DNA of 64,000 nucleotides from Marsupella aquatica (taxonomy: Eukaryota; Plantae; Marchantiophyta), in assembly GCA_973895155.1 (NCBI GenBank), contig OZ316899.1, positions 3,431,455 through 3,495,454 of the forward strand, read 5' to 3'. Within the stretch, counting starts at the first letter, position 1; the number at the start of each line of letters is the position of its first letter. This document shows, in pieces, positions 1 through 9,088 of this stretch. The notes below the pieces were generated by a model. It worked only from the letters and a program-made list of their open reading frames with translations. It ran no database searches and was not told the origin of the DNA. The position numbers and the translations under genes are program-made.

Positions 1-3000
1 GGCCGGATCCGGCTTAGAGGCCTTTGTAAGATTACCATGGCTGAAGCCGGAGGTACCGGAGTCAGACCTATTAGAATTCGTGGGGTCATGGGAACCCGAG
101 ACCAATTGCACGAGGATATATGGGAAGGATTTCTATCTTACTCCCAAGGTAATTGCCGAAGTGTTTGGCTTGCCGATAGGCAATAAGACCAAAGTTGATA
201 CCAGGAAGACCTTGCCTGACAAGGAGTTCCGGTCGTTCCCTGGGCCATCAACGAAGAATGGCTTCTTCCGGAACACCTGCACCAACCCGCACATAGGAGA
301 GATGATCGACTTCTTGCGGGTGACCATGCATTGTAACTTGCCGAGGGCAGAGATCGGCAAGGCACAGGTCTATCTGGCAGAAAGGCCAGACCCAAGCCGG
401 GACTACAACGGGTACCTCCTCAACCAATTGAAGAAGATCTTAAAGGAGGAGCAGCAGGTAATCGGCATGGGGAGCGTGTCACGGCTTGGCTATCACATGC
501 CGCTGTTGTGCCGGTATGCCAGAGGTCAGACTTTTGCCCCTGTACTTCCCCTGCAGGTAAGGGCACCCGAGGAAGCTCCAACGCCGAGGCCGTTGGCTGA
601 GAAGCCTCAACCACCTGTTAGCCCTACGATCGAGCAGGTGTTTAGGCCCAGGAAGGAGGACTTGCCGATGCAGCAACCAGGCATGCAGAGTCTGCTGAAA
701 CTACTGGAGAAAGAAAAGAAATCGGCATCGGCAACAACAACGGCAACGGCAACAATGCAGGACACTACTACAGAGGTAGGCCTACACCGGCTCACAAGAG
801 AAAACCCCTTTGCTGGAGACAAGGAGAGAATCAGGCCGGAATCCAAGCCAGGTGTTCGAATGTACGTGGGAACCTCAAGCTCCGAATCTGAGGCAGAATT
901 GCCTGAAGCTCTTACCGACGAAGAGGAGAGGGAGAAGCCGGACGTCCAAGAGGTAGAGGAGGCAGTGGAGGACTGCAGCCATGATAATTCCGGCTATGGG
1001 TCGGACCATCACGTTCCAGGAGTAAGGATCTGTGGCCGGTTTGTCCCCACACTTCCAAGGGTAGTGCAAGGGGACCCCAACCAGCAGAGTAGCCCTGAGT
1101 CTCCCCCACTAGATGTTGCTCCCCCGAGCTTCGACGGCATAAAACAGACGGTGCAGGAATTTCAGGAGCGAATCAGGCAGGAAGAGGAGGCAGCCCTGGC
1201 TAAGGAAAAGGATTTACCAGGAGGAGATTGGCCGGAGGACATCAGGCGGCTAGCCAAAAAAGGAAGCAAACCTCTAGCCACGATTGAAGAGATCCGCAGG
1301 ACGGCTTGGGAGCAGAGGCCGCGATGGGCGATGCCGATCACTTCTACTTACTCCACCTACGCTAAGAATAGAGCCATGGAGTATGGTGAGATGTGTGGGG
1401 AACTTGCGCTCGGCATCTTTGGAGAGGAGTTGGAGGTAGGACCCTTTTTCCATAGGGAGCAGTTGGAGAAGCACCAATTAGAAGAAGCGGTGGCTTTAGA
1501 GAGAAGCAAGAAGGACGAGGTCATTCGGCGGCTTAGGAGGATGGAAGCCGAGATTGAAGATCTAAGGGCGGCCAAGAAAGCCCAAGATGAACTGCGGATT
1601 AAACGACATGAGCTGAACATCATGCAGGGGCAGTTGGACACCGCGCAGGCTGATAATCAGAATATCAAGGATAAACTGACTCAGACGCAGGGAGAGTTGG
1701 CCGACACAATCAAAGAGAGGGAGAAGTGGAAGCAAGAGCTGAAGAATACAGAGGAGGCCCACATAACAGCCAACAGCCGGGCCATGGCGGAGACCCAAAG
1801 AAAGGAATGGGCGTTGAAAGGGGAGCTCGAGAAAATCCGCGGAGCCCTTGAGCAGAAGGAGGCCGAGTTAGGGAAATCCTATCAAGGGATTATGGCGCTG
1901 CAGCAGGAGCTTGCGTCCCTGACGGCCAGCTTCAAGGCCGACCTAAGGGAGAAGGACGAGATGCTCGAACAGACTTACGCCAAGATGAACCAGATGGAGT
2001 CTGTCATCATTGCAGAGCTCGACAAGGAGCTAAGAGCAACCCAGGTGGAGAGGACTACCTTGAAACAAGAACGGGAGGAAGCCCAGAAGGAACTAGAGGA
2101 GGCGCGCAAGGACCTGGATGAGACCCAGGAGGAGTTGGAGGAAATCACGAGGAAGATGGAGAACCTCCAGAGGCGGGCCGACAACCAAACGGAGCGGCTG
2201 AAGAAACAAGCCGCAGTATTTAAGTGCTTGTCTTCATCAGGCCCAACTCCAATTGGGGCAACCAAGTTACCAGGAGTGGTACTGGCCGAAGAAAAAGCCG
2301 CGCCAACTGCACCAGTGCCGGAAGTAAGTGGGAAGGGGAAGGGACCAGTTGCCAAAAACAGAAAAGAAGAAAAAGCGGAAACCTTCAGGGTCAAGGAGTA
2401 ATCCGACTCCACAAGCCGTGGTGACCAAAGAGGTAGAACCAGCACCATCCTCCGGCATGAATACAACAATATATCCCGCTATCATCACAGGTGGGGGTGG
2501 TGCGGCCCAAGCCGAACTACTCAGTAATGAGGCCGGTATTCCAGATCCGCCTCTTGAGCAGGCCGGGGAGACCGTAGCCGAGGCTGAGGCCGTAACCGAT
2601 TCCCGAGCCGATGCCGACGCCGATGGTGGACCCAGTCAGGCCGATGGAGAGTTGACTCAGTCAAGGGCAGGTAATCTGTCAGGGAATGAGCCTACGGCAG
2701 TGGCTGAGGAGGAAGCGTTGGGGGCGTCCATTAAGGATCCACCACCGGTGTCGTGACGGTGCAAGGGCACCGTTCCTTTTAGGGAGGGCGGACGTGGAGG
2801 GAGGAGGCGTGAGTGGGCAGGGCGGGCGCGGATCTCCACGTTTAGGATTAGGATCAGAACCAGGAGCGGCCCTGACACTTAGCTTAGTGGGATTGCGGTC
2901 CCACTGGTAGGAGCAACACTTGTGCTCCTGCCTTGCTGTACATAGGTAGATTCAGGCAAGTAGATTACTGTTAAGTAGATTAGGCTTACGATGCAAAGAA

Positions 3001-3668
3001 TGGCGGATCCACTACCAGGATAAGTACCTGGGCAGCGGGGAGCTCAGGGCCTCTTCTTTAGCAAGTTTTTAGTTTGCACCAGCCGGGCTGGGATCAAGTA
3101 GTACGAGAAGCTCTCGGTTAGTCATACAATGACCCTTGTGTATATTCATGTTTCCTCATGCCTAAGAGCTGAATAGAGTTGGCCTCACGGCTTAGTTCGC
3201 AGAACTTGTGTATGAGATGTACTGTTTGTATGGCAAGTGCATGGTATGACTCAGTCAGAATGAGTCATTTTGGTATTTGTGTGTCGCATTAACTTGTGTG
3301 AAGAGTGCCCACATCAACCAGAAGGAAGGAAAGTAAGCAGGGGAGTGAGAGTTGGATGTGTCGAGCTGAGAGAGGTCTTAGCGGCTTAACCAAGCCTATT
3401 GGGGATCATTCCGGCGGTGGAATCCAAACATACCTAACAAGACGGAGGGGAAGACAGGGGAAGGCCTAGATTAGGCCGGCTACGTATCTCATGACCCGAT
3501 GAAGGATCTGTCCAGTATATGTGTATAAAATGTTAATAGTAGTAGTAGAAGGTTAGCAGCGTCCCATGCCGCTAAGCCGCGGAAATGGCCTCGCCAAGCG
3601 CGAAACCCGTGGGAATCGGCTTGAGCTGGGGGGTTTCTTGGGTTTAGGGAGCCATGGGACGCACCACA
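1..3668 (+). repeat. 3' part of a family A LTR (cut by window start)
   Basis: Matches 16240-19907 (offset 16239) apart from a few SNPs seen by eye; ends GCACCACA like the other A LTRs. Confidence 0.95.
2..2401 (+). CDS. LTR-encoded ORF of family A, 5'-partial; a +1 frameshift near 2355 separates its C-terminus (2328-2756)
   Basis: Same protein as the 15359-18640 ORF; the 2328-2756 frame matches the C-terminus of the intact 1211-aa copy. Confidence 0.85.
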   Translation, partial: AGSGLEAFVRLPWLKPEVPESDLLEFVGSWEPETNCTRIYGKDFYLTPKVIAEVFGLPIGNKTKVDTRKTLPDKEFRSFPGPSTKNGFFRNTCTNPHIGEMIDFLRVTMHCNLPRAEIGKAQVYLAERPDPSRDYNGYLLNQLKKILKEEQQVIGMGSVSRLGYHMPLLCRYARGQTFAPVLPLQVRAPEEAPTPRPLAEKPQPPVSPTIEQVFRPRKEDLPMQQPGMQSLLKLLEKEKKSASATTTATATMQDTTTEVGLHRLTRENPFAGDKERIRPESKPGVRMYVGTSSSESEAELPEALTDEEEREKPDVQEVEEAVEDCSHDNSGYGSDHHVPGVRICGRFVPTLPRVVQGDPNQQSSPESPPLDVAPPSFDGIKQTVQEFQERIRQEEEAALAKEKDLPGGDWPEDIRRLAKKGSKPLATIEEIRRTAWEQRPRWAMPITSTYSTYAKNRAMEYGEMCGELALGIFGEELEVGPFFHREQLEKHQLEEAVALERSKKDEVIRRLRRMEAEIEDLRAAKKAQDELRIKRHELNIMQGQLDTAQADNQNIKDKLTQTQGELADTIKEREKWKQELKNTEEAHITANSRAMAETQRKEWALKGELEKIRGALEQKEAELGKSYQGIMALQQELASLTASFKADLREKDEMLEQTYAKMNQMESVIIAELDKELRATQVERTTLKQEREEAQKELEEARKDLDETQEELEEITRKMENLQRRADNQTERLKKQAAVFKCLSSSGPTPIGATKLPGVVLAEEKAAPTAPVPEVSGKGKGPVAKNRKEEKAETFRVKE

Positions 3669-3716
3669 CGCAGTTAGACCGAATCACTCATTAACCGCCG
3701 TACCGGTGGCGTCACA
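3669..3716 (-). mobile_element. First 48 bp of a family B LTR, antisense, cut by the A insertion
   Basis: Reverse complement TGTGACGCCACCGGTACGGCGG...CTAACTGCG matches the B LTR start at 57661 with 2 mismatches in 48; duplicated at 19908-19955. Confidence 0.92.
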
Positions 3717-4156
3717 CCGCCCCAAAAAACGGGACTTGGGGTCTTACCCTAAAAATAAAAAAGCACCGCTTATCCTGCCCTGATTACTTAGGCAAAGCAC
3801 CCCGGGGGTATTCTATGCTACAAAACAGTCTTCAGTCACTAAACAGTGCTTACACTATACGAAGATCCTAAATGCTTTGGCTGCTTTACGAACCATGCTC
3901 TGGCAGAGCTACGCACAACACTCTGCAACCTAAAGGGAATCGTGGCTCCATACTGAGCACTACTCGTGGGAGGGGACAACAGCATTTGTGCAAGCTCTGA
4001 CCTGTATACCATGGGCAACAAAAACAAAAAGGTGATATGACTTGAGGCATAAGATGGTCATTTTTTCGTTCATCTTACAACTTGATTTCTTATGGTAATC
4101 GTTTAGAATATGGCCAATGCCTAAAAATGGTGATGTGACTCTTTTTTTCCTAGACC

Positions 4157-4670
4157 ATGTCTCCCCGTAGCCGTCTGGACAATGCTACAGAAACATGGAA
4201 CATGAAATCACGACATTTACGTCTAATTTCTGCCCGGTGATGGGGGCTGAATGAAGGCACCGGGTATGTGGATCATCTCGGTCACATGATCCCTAGGGAA
4301 AAAGTATGGCCTATGCTCTGTGTCTATGACCTGACATTTGAGTAAGCTGTCCGTCGCACTGCAATCTCAATACAGTTGATTGCAATAGGATATCGTCTTA
4401 TAGTTAGGCGCAGTTCAAACTAACCCTCTGTCGCTGAAGACATCGACACTATTTTTCTTTAATGGTGCTATGCAAAATCTATTGTCTTATGCACATAAAG
4501 TTATATGCGCTAACAAGAAACTTACGGAGCAACCGTCTCCATAAGTGTATGGGTTGTATTTATGGATCTATGATATAGATATATTTATTTATAAGGATAT
4601 TTACATTGGTAACAATCGGACCCAATATTTACCAGGGTGTGATGGTATGTGTATACATATGTTTTTAGAT
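4157..4670. repeat. Diverged direct duplication in flanking non-coding DNA (period about 1.14 kb)
   Basis: CATGTCTCCCCGTAGC at 4157 and 5293. The second copy continues after the A element at 36147 (CAGAAACATGG.ACATGAAAT, GGGGCTGAATGAAG, GTAACAAT.GG...CAGGGTGTGAT). Confidence 0.7.
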
Positions 4671-5433
4671 CTGTGTGTGTGTGTATCTCGAGAGTCACAT
4701 GGAAGACGAATGATTGCAACCATCACAAAAAGAAATGGGATGCAAATATAAGCCTGGACAAGTTCCCATGGAGGACATAACCCCCGTAACACTCCAAACC
4801 ATACACAACAATATTGGTTTATATAAAGTAACCTAGACTATCGGAGTAGAACCCACAAACCTAGACGCCCATGTTTGGCAATGGTAAAATACCCTAATAA
4901 CGCCGCCAAAACTACGGCATGGCCATTCTTACTACTCTGGATTGTGCTACTTGTCTCCTAATTCCCATTTTATATTGAGCAAGATACCACACACAAAAGA
5001 TTTGACAGTGCATACACACTGAAACAAGCTCGTGCCAGCTCTGGCAAGGATCAATTTCAGCCTACGGCAACTCGTGGGGGCAACCTATACACAGATTGTG
5101 AGGGAGAAAAGTTGTTGGTTGTGCAAGAATCACTGGAATCCAATGGGTGATAAAAATAAACAAGTATATTACATGACTCCGCATGATAAAACAGTCATAT
5201 CCATTGCTTTCAAACTTTTTTAGCATTGCTTATAATATAATCGCTCCAGTAAATTGGATGCTTAGGATGAAGTGACTAATCTATCCCTAGCCCATGTCTC
5301 CCCGTAGCTATCCAAACGTGTGATGCCTAGACAGGAATCACTTGGCCAGTTAAGTGGGTAAAGCAGGAAGGCACCCTGGGAACACCTTAGTATAGGGACA
5401 AAACAAGGAAAATATAAACAATTAGGGGCAACC

Positions 5434-8028
5434 ATGGAACCCGGGCCGAGGCCGGAGGTAAGGACGCTGAGGGTGAAAACTCGATTAGGGTTAGGGCACG
5501 TTAAGCGTCGGCGGCTAGGAAGGATCAATGGGAAGAAGGACCGGCAGAGGAGAGGGGTAAGGAGCGCTTGCAGGAGATGGTGGCTCATTTGCGAGCACGA
5601 ACTAGGCAGACGACTACGGGAGGCCAACTACTGTCAGCTGCTTAGGCAAGCACTCGGGGAGAGAGTAGATACCGACGATCGACCTAAGGAGGGTATGAGC
5701 AACGTCAATCAAGCGGCACATTTCTGGGGATGCCTGTTCGAACGGGCAACTGAGTACATCAAGACTTACCAGGACGAGGAATCAGAAAGGGCAGCTCGAG
5801 AACGGCAGGAGCTCGCTCGATTGTGGGAGCTGCAGAAGACGGCTTTCTTAGGAGGCGAACTCATCAAGGACGAGTTCCTGTGGACGCCTACTTCCAATCA
5901 ACTCGACGATCTTCTGTTTTGCAAAGACAGCGTCGTCGGCATCCGAGAGGCCATCAAGAACTGCAATGACATACACTGGGAATTAAAGGGTAGCACGGAA
6001 AGGTGGACCCAGGCAACGGTGCTAGGAGAAACCTCCACGGCAGCAGAGATGAAGAGGAAGGGAGCCGTCAACGATGAAGCCACCCCGGCAAAAAGAACGA
6101 GGTCGGCGGCACCAAAGAAGCCAACCGGGCAGCAGAGCAGGAGGCAGGGAGAAGCCGAAGAGGAGGAGGTCGATCCCATCAAGGCCATTCCAACCAGGGA
6201 TGACACCTGGAAGGGCTGGGCGGCAACCCTACCGGTGGAGGTGCAACTACATTTTGCACGGGAGGAGGATGCATGCTTTATGGCCATGGAGACCAAGAAG
6301 TACCAAGGCTTCATCGCCGGATCCGGCTTAGAGGCCTTTGTAAGATTACCATGGCTGAAGCCGGAGGTACCGGAGTCAGACCTATTAGAATTCGTGGGGT
6401 CATGGGAACCCGAGACCAATTGCACGAGGATATATGGGAAGGATTTCTATCTTACTCCCAAGGTAATTGCCGAAGTGTTTGGCTTGCCGATAGGCAATAA
6501 GACCAAAGTTGATACCAGGAAGACCTTGCCTGACAAGGAGTTCCGGTCGTTCCCCGGGCCATCAACGAAGAATGGCTTCTTCCGGAACACCTGCACCAAC
6601 CCGCACATAGGAGAGATGATCGACTTCTTGCGGGTGACCATGCATTGTAACTTGCCGAGGGCAGAGATCGGCAAGGCACAGGTCTATCCGGCAGAAAGGC
6701 CAGACCCAAGCCGGGACTACAACGGGTACCTCCTCAACCAATTGAAGAAGATCTTAAAGGAGGAGCAGCAGGTAATCGGCATGGGGAGCGTGTCGCGGCT
6801 TGGTTATCACATGCCGCTGTTGTGCCGGTATGCCAGAGGTCAGACTTTTGCCCCAGTACTTCCCCTGCAGGTAAGGGCACCCGAGGAAGCTCCAACGCCG
6901 AGGCCGTTGGCTAAGAAGCCTCAACCACCTGTTAGCCCTACGATCGAGCAGGTGTTTAGGCCCAGGAAGGAGGACTTGCCGATGCAGCAACCAGGCATGC
7001 AGAGTCTGCTGAAACTACTCGAGAAAGAAAAGAGATCGGCATCGGCAACAACAACGGCAACGGCAACAATGCAGGACACTACTACAGAGGTAGGCCTACA
7101 TCGGCTCACAAGAGAAAACCCCTTTGCTGGAGACAAGGAGAGAATCAGGCCGGAATCCAAGCCAGGTGTTCGAATGTATGTGGGAATCTCAAGCTCCCAA
7201 TCTGAGGCAGAATTGCCTGAAGCTCCTACCGACGAAGAGGAGAGGGAGAAGCCGGACGTCCAAGAAGTAGAGGAGGCAGTGGAGGACTGCAGCCATGATA
7301 ATTCCGGCTATGGGTCGGACCATCACGTTCCAGGAGTAAGGACCTGTGGCCGGTTTGTCCCCACACTTCCAAGGGTAGTGCGAGGGGACCCCAACCAGCA
7401 GAGTAGCCCTGAGTCTCCCCCACCAGATGTTGCTCCCCCGAGCTTTGACGGCATAAAACAGACGGTGCAGGAATTTCAGGAGCGAATCAGGCAGGAAGAG
7501 GAGGCAGCCCTGGCTAGGGAAAAGGATTTACCAGGAGGAGATTGGCCGGAGGACATCAGGCGGCTAGCCGAAAAAGGAAGCAAACCTCTAGCCACGATTG
7601 AAGAGATCCGCAAGACGGCTTGGGAGCAGAGGCCGCGATGGGCGATGCCGATCACTTCTACTTACTCCACCTACGCTAAGAATAGAGCCATGGAGTATGG
7701 TGAGATGTGTGGGGAACTTGCGCTCGGCATCTTTGGAGAGGAGTTGGAGGTAGGACCCTTTTTCCATAGGGAGCAGTTGGAGAAGCACCAATTAGAAGAA
7801 GCGGTGGCTTTAGAGAGAAGCAAGAAGGACGAGGTCATTCGGCGGCTTAGGAGGATGGAAGCCGAGATTGAAGATCTAAGGGCGGCCAAGAAAGCCCAAG
7901 ATGAACTGCGGATTAAACGGCATGAGCTAAACATCATGCAGGGGCAGTTGGACACCGCGCAGGCTGATAATCAGAATATCAAGGATAAACTGACTCAGAC
8001 GCAGGGAGAGTTTAGGGTTAAACCCTAA
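5434..8028 (+). CDS. LTR-encoded ORF, truncated to 864 aa by the telomere-repeat scar
   Basis: Open frame wholly inside the LTR; stop TAA lies within the CCCTAAA filler. The real start may be the second ATG (MSNVNQ, 5695). Confidence 0.85.
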   Translation: MEPGPRPEVRTLRVKTRLGLGHVKRRRLGRINGKKDRQRRGVRSACRRWWLICEHELGRRLREANYCQLLRQALGERVDTDDRPKEGMSNVNQAAHFWGCLFERATEYIKTYQDEESERAARERQELARLWELQKTAFLGGELIKDEFLWTPTSNQLDDLLFCKDSVVGIREAIKNCNDIHWELKGSTERWTQATVLGETSTAAEMKRKGAVNDEATPAKRTRSAAPKKPTGQQSRRQGEAEEEEVDPIKAIPTRDDTWKGWAATLPVEVQLHFAREEDACFMAMETKKYQGFIAGSGLEAFVRLPWLKPEVPESDLLEFVGSWEPETNCTRIYGKDFYLTPKVIAEVFGLPIGNKTKVDTRKTLPDKEFRSFPGPSTKNGFFRNTCTNPHIGEMIDFLRVTMHCNLPRAEIGKAQVYPAERPDPSRDYNGYLLNQLKKILKEEQQVIGMGSVSRLGYHMPLLCRYARGQTFAPVLPLQVRAPEEAPTPRPLAKKPQPPVSPTIEQVFRPRKEDLPMQQPGMQSLLKLLEKEKRSASATTTATATMQDTTTEVGLHRLTRENPFAGDKERIRPESKPGVRMYVGISSSQSEAELPEAPTDEEEREKPDVQEVEEAVEDCSHDNSGYGSDHHVPGVRTCGRFVPTLPRVVRGDPNQQSSPESPPPDVAPPSFDGIKQTVQEFQERIRQEEEAALAREKDLPGGDWPEDIRRLAEKGSKPLATIEEIRKTAWEQRPRWAMPITSTYSTYAKNRAMEYGEMCGELALGIFGEELEVGPFFHREQLEKHQLEEAVALERSKKDEVIRRLRRMEAEIEDLRAAKKAQDELRIKRHELNIMQGQLDTAQADNQNIKDKLTQTQGEFRVKP

Positions 8029-8043
8029 ACCCTAAACCCTAAA
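8011..8043. repeat. Head-to-head plant telomere repeats (TTTAGGG TT / AAACCCT x3) at a deletion junction
   Basis: 31 bp of filler replaces the about 992 bp seen at 1699-2690 in the undeleted LTR; duplicated at 24252-24284. Confidence 0.9.
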
Positions 8044-9024
8044 CCTACGGCAGTGGCTGAGGAGGAAGCGTTGGGGGCGTCCATTAAGGATCCACCACCG
8101 GTGTCGTGATGGTGCAAGGGCGCCGTTCCTTTTAGGGAGGGTGGATGTGGAGGGAGGAGGCGTGAGTGGGCAGGGCGGGCGCTGATCTCCAAGTTTAGGA
8201 TTAGGATCAGGACCAGGAGCGGCCCTGACACTTAGCTTAGTGGGATTGCGGTTCCACTGGTAGGAGCAACACTTGTGCTCCTGCCTTGCTGTACATAGGT
8301 AGATTCGGGCAAGTAGATTACTGTTAGGTAGATTAGGCTTACGATGCAAAGAATGGCGGATCCACTACCAGGATAAGTACCTAGGCAGCGAGGAGCTCAG
8401 GGCCTCTTCTTTAGCAAGTTTTTAGTTTGCACCAGCCGGGCTGGGATCAAGTAGTACGAGAAGCTCTCAGTTAGTCATACAATGACCCTTGTGTATATTC
8501 ATGTTTCCTCATGCCTAAGAGCTGAATAGAGTTGGCCTCACGGCTTAGTTCGCAGAGCTTGTGTATGAGATGTACTGTTTGTATGGCAAGTGCATGGTAT
8601 GACTCAATCAGAATGAGTCATTTTGCTATTTGTGTGTCGCATTAACTTGTGTGAAGAGTGCCCACATCAACCAGAAGGAAGGAAAGTAAGCAGGGGAGTG
8701 AGAGTTGGATGTGTCGAGCTGAGAGAGGTCTTAGCGGCTTAACCAAGCCTATTGGGGATCATTCCGGCGGCGGAATCCAAACATACCTAACAAGACAGAG
8801 GGGAAGACAGGGGAAGGCCTAGATTAGGCCGGCTACGTATCTCATGACCCGATGAAGGATCTGTCCAGTATATGTGTGTAAAATGTTAATAGTAGTAGTA
8901 GAAGGTTAGCAGCGTCCCATGCCGCTAAGCCGCGGAAACAGCCTCGCCAAGCGCGAAACCCGCGGGAATCGGCTTGAGCTGGGGGTTTCTTGGGTTTAGG
9001 GAGCCATGGGATGCACCACATTTT

Positions 9025-9042
9025 TGGCGCTAGATGGAGGGG
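9025..9042 (+). promoter_or_regulatory. Primer-binding site, probably tRNA-Asn(GUU)
   Basis: TGGCGCTAGATGGAGGGG 4 nt after the LTR end. It matches 17/18 to the 3' end of plant tRNA-Asn as I recall it (CCCCTCCTTCTAGCGCCA); the tRNA identity needs checking. Confidence 0.8.
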
Positions 9043-9088
9043 CATTTCTTAAGCCGTGAGATATGAAGTTAGAACGGAAGAGTAGGTA

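Larger units (their letters stand above)
5319..9020 (+). repeat. 5' LTR of A copy 1 (3702 bp, internal deletion of about 1 kb)
   Basis: Begins TGTGATGC, ends GCACCACA (imperfect inverted termini), followed by TTTT and the PBS. Confidence 0.93.

Noticed and set aside
2328-2756. Separate 142-aa gene (also 18567-18995)
   Set aside because: It is the frameshifted C-terminus of the LTR protein and is in frame in the 31600-35235 copy.
4670-4686. (GT)n tract, and the (CCA)n tract at about 42761-42790
   Set aside because: Simple microsatellite and poly-Pro linker; useful only as markers between duplicated units.
5485-5496. TTAGGGTTAGGG as a telomere remnant or telo-box
   Set aside because: Only two 6-mer units, present in every A LTR as ordinary sequence; no independent support.
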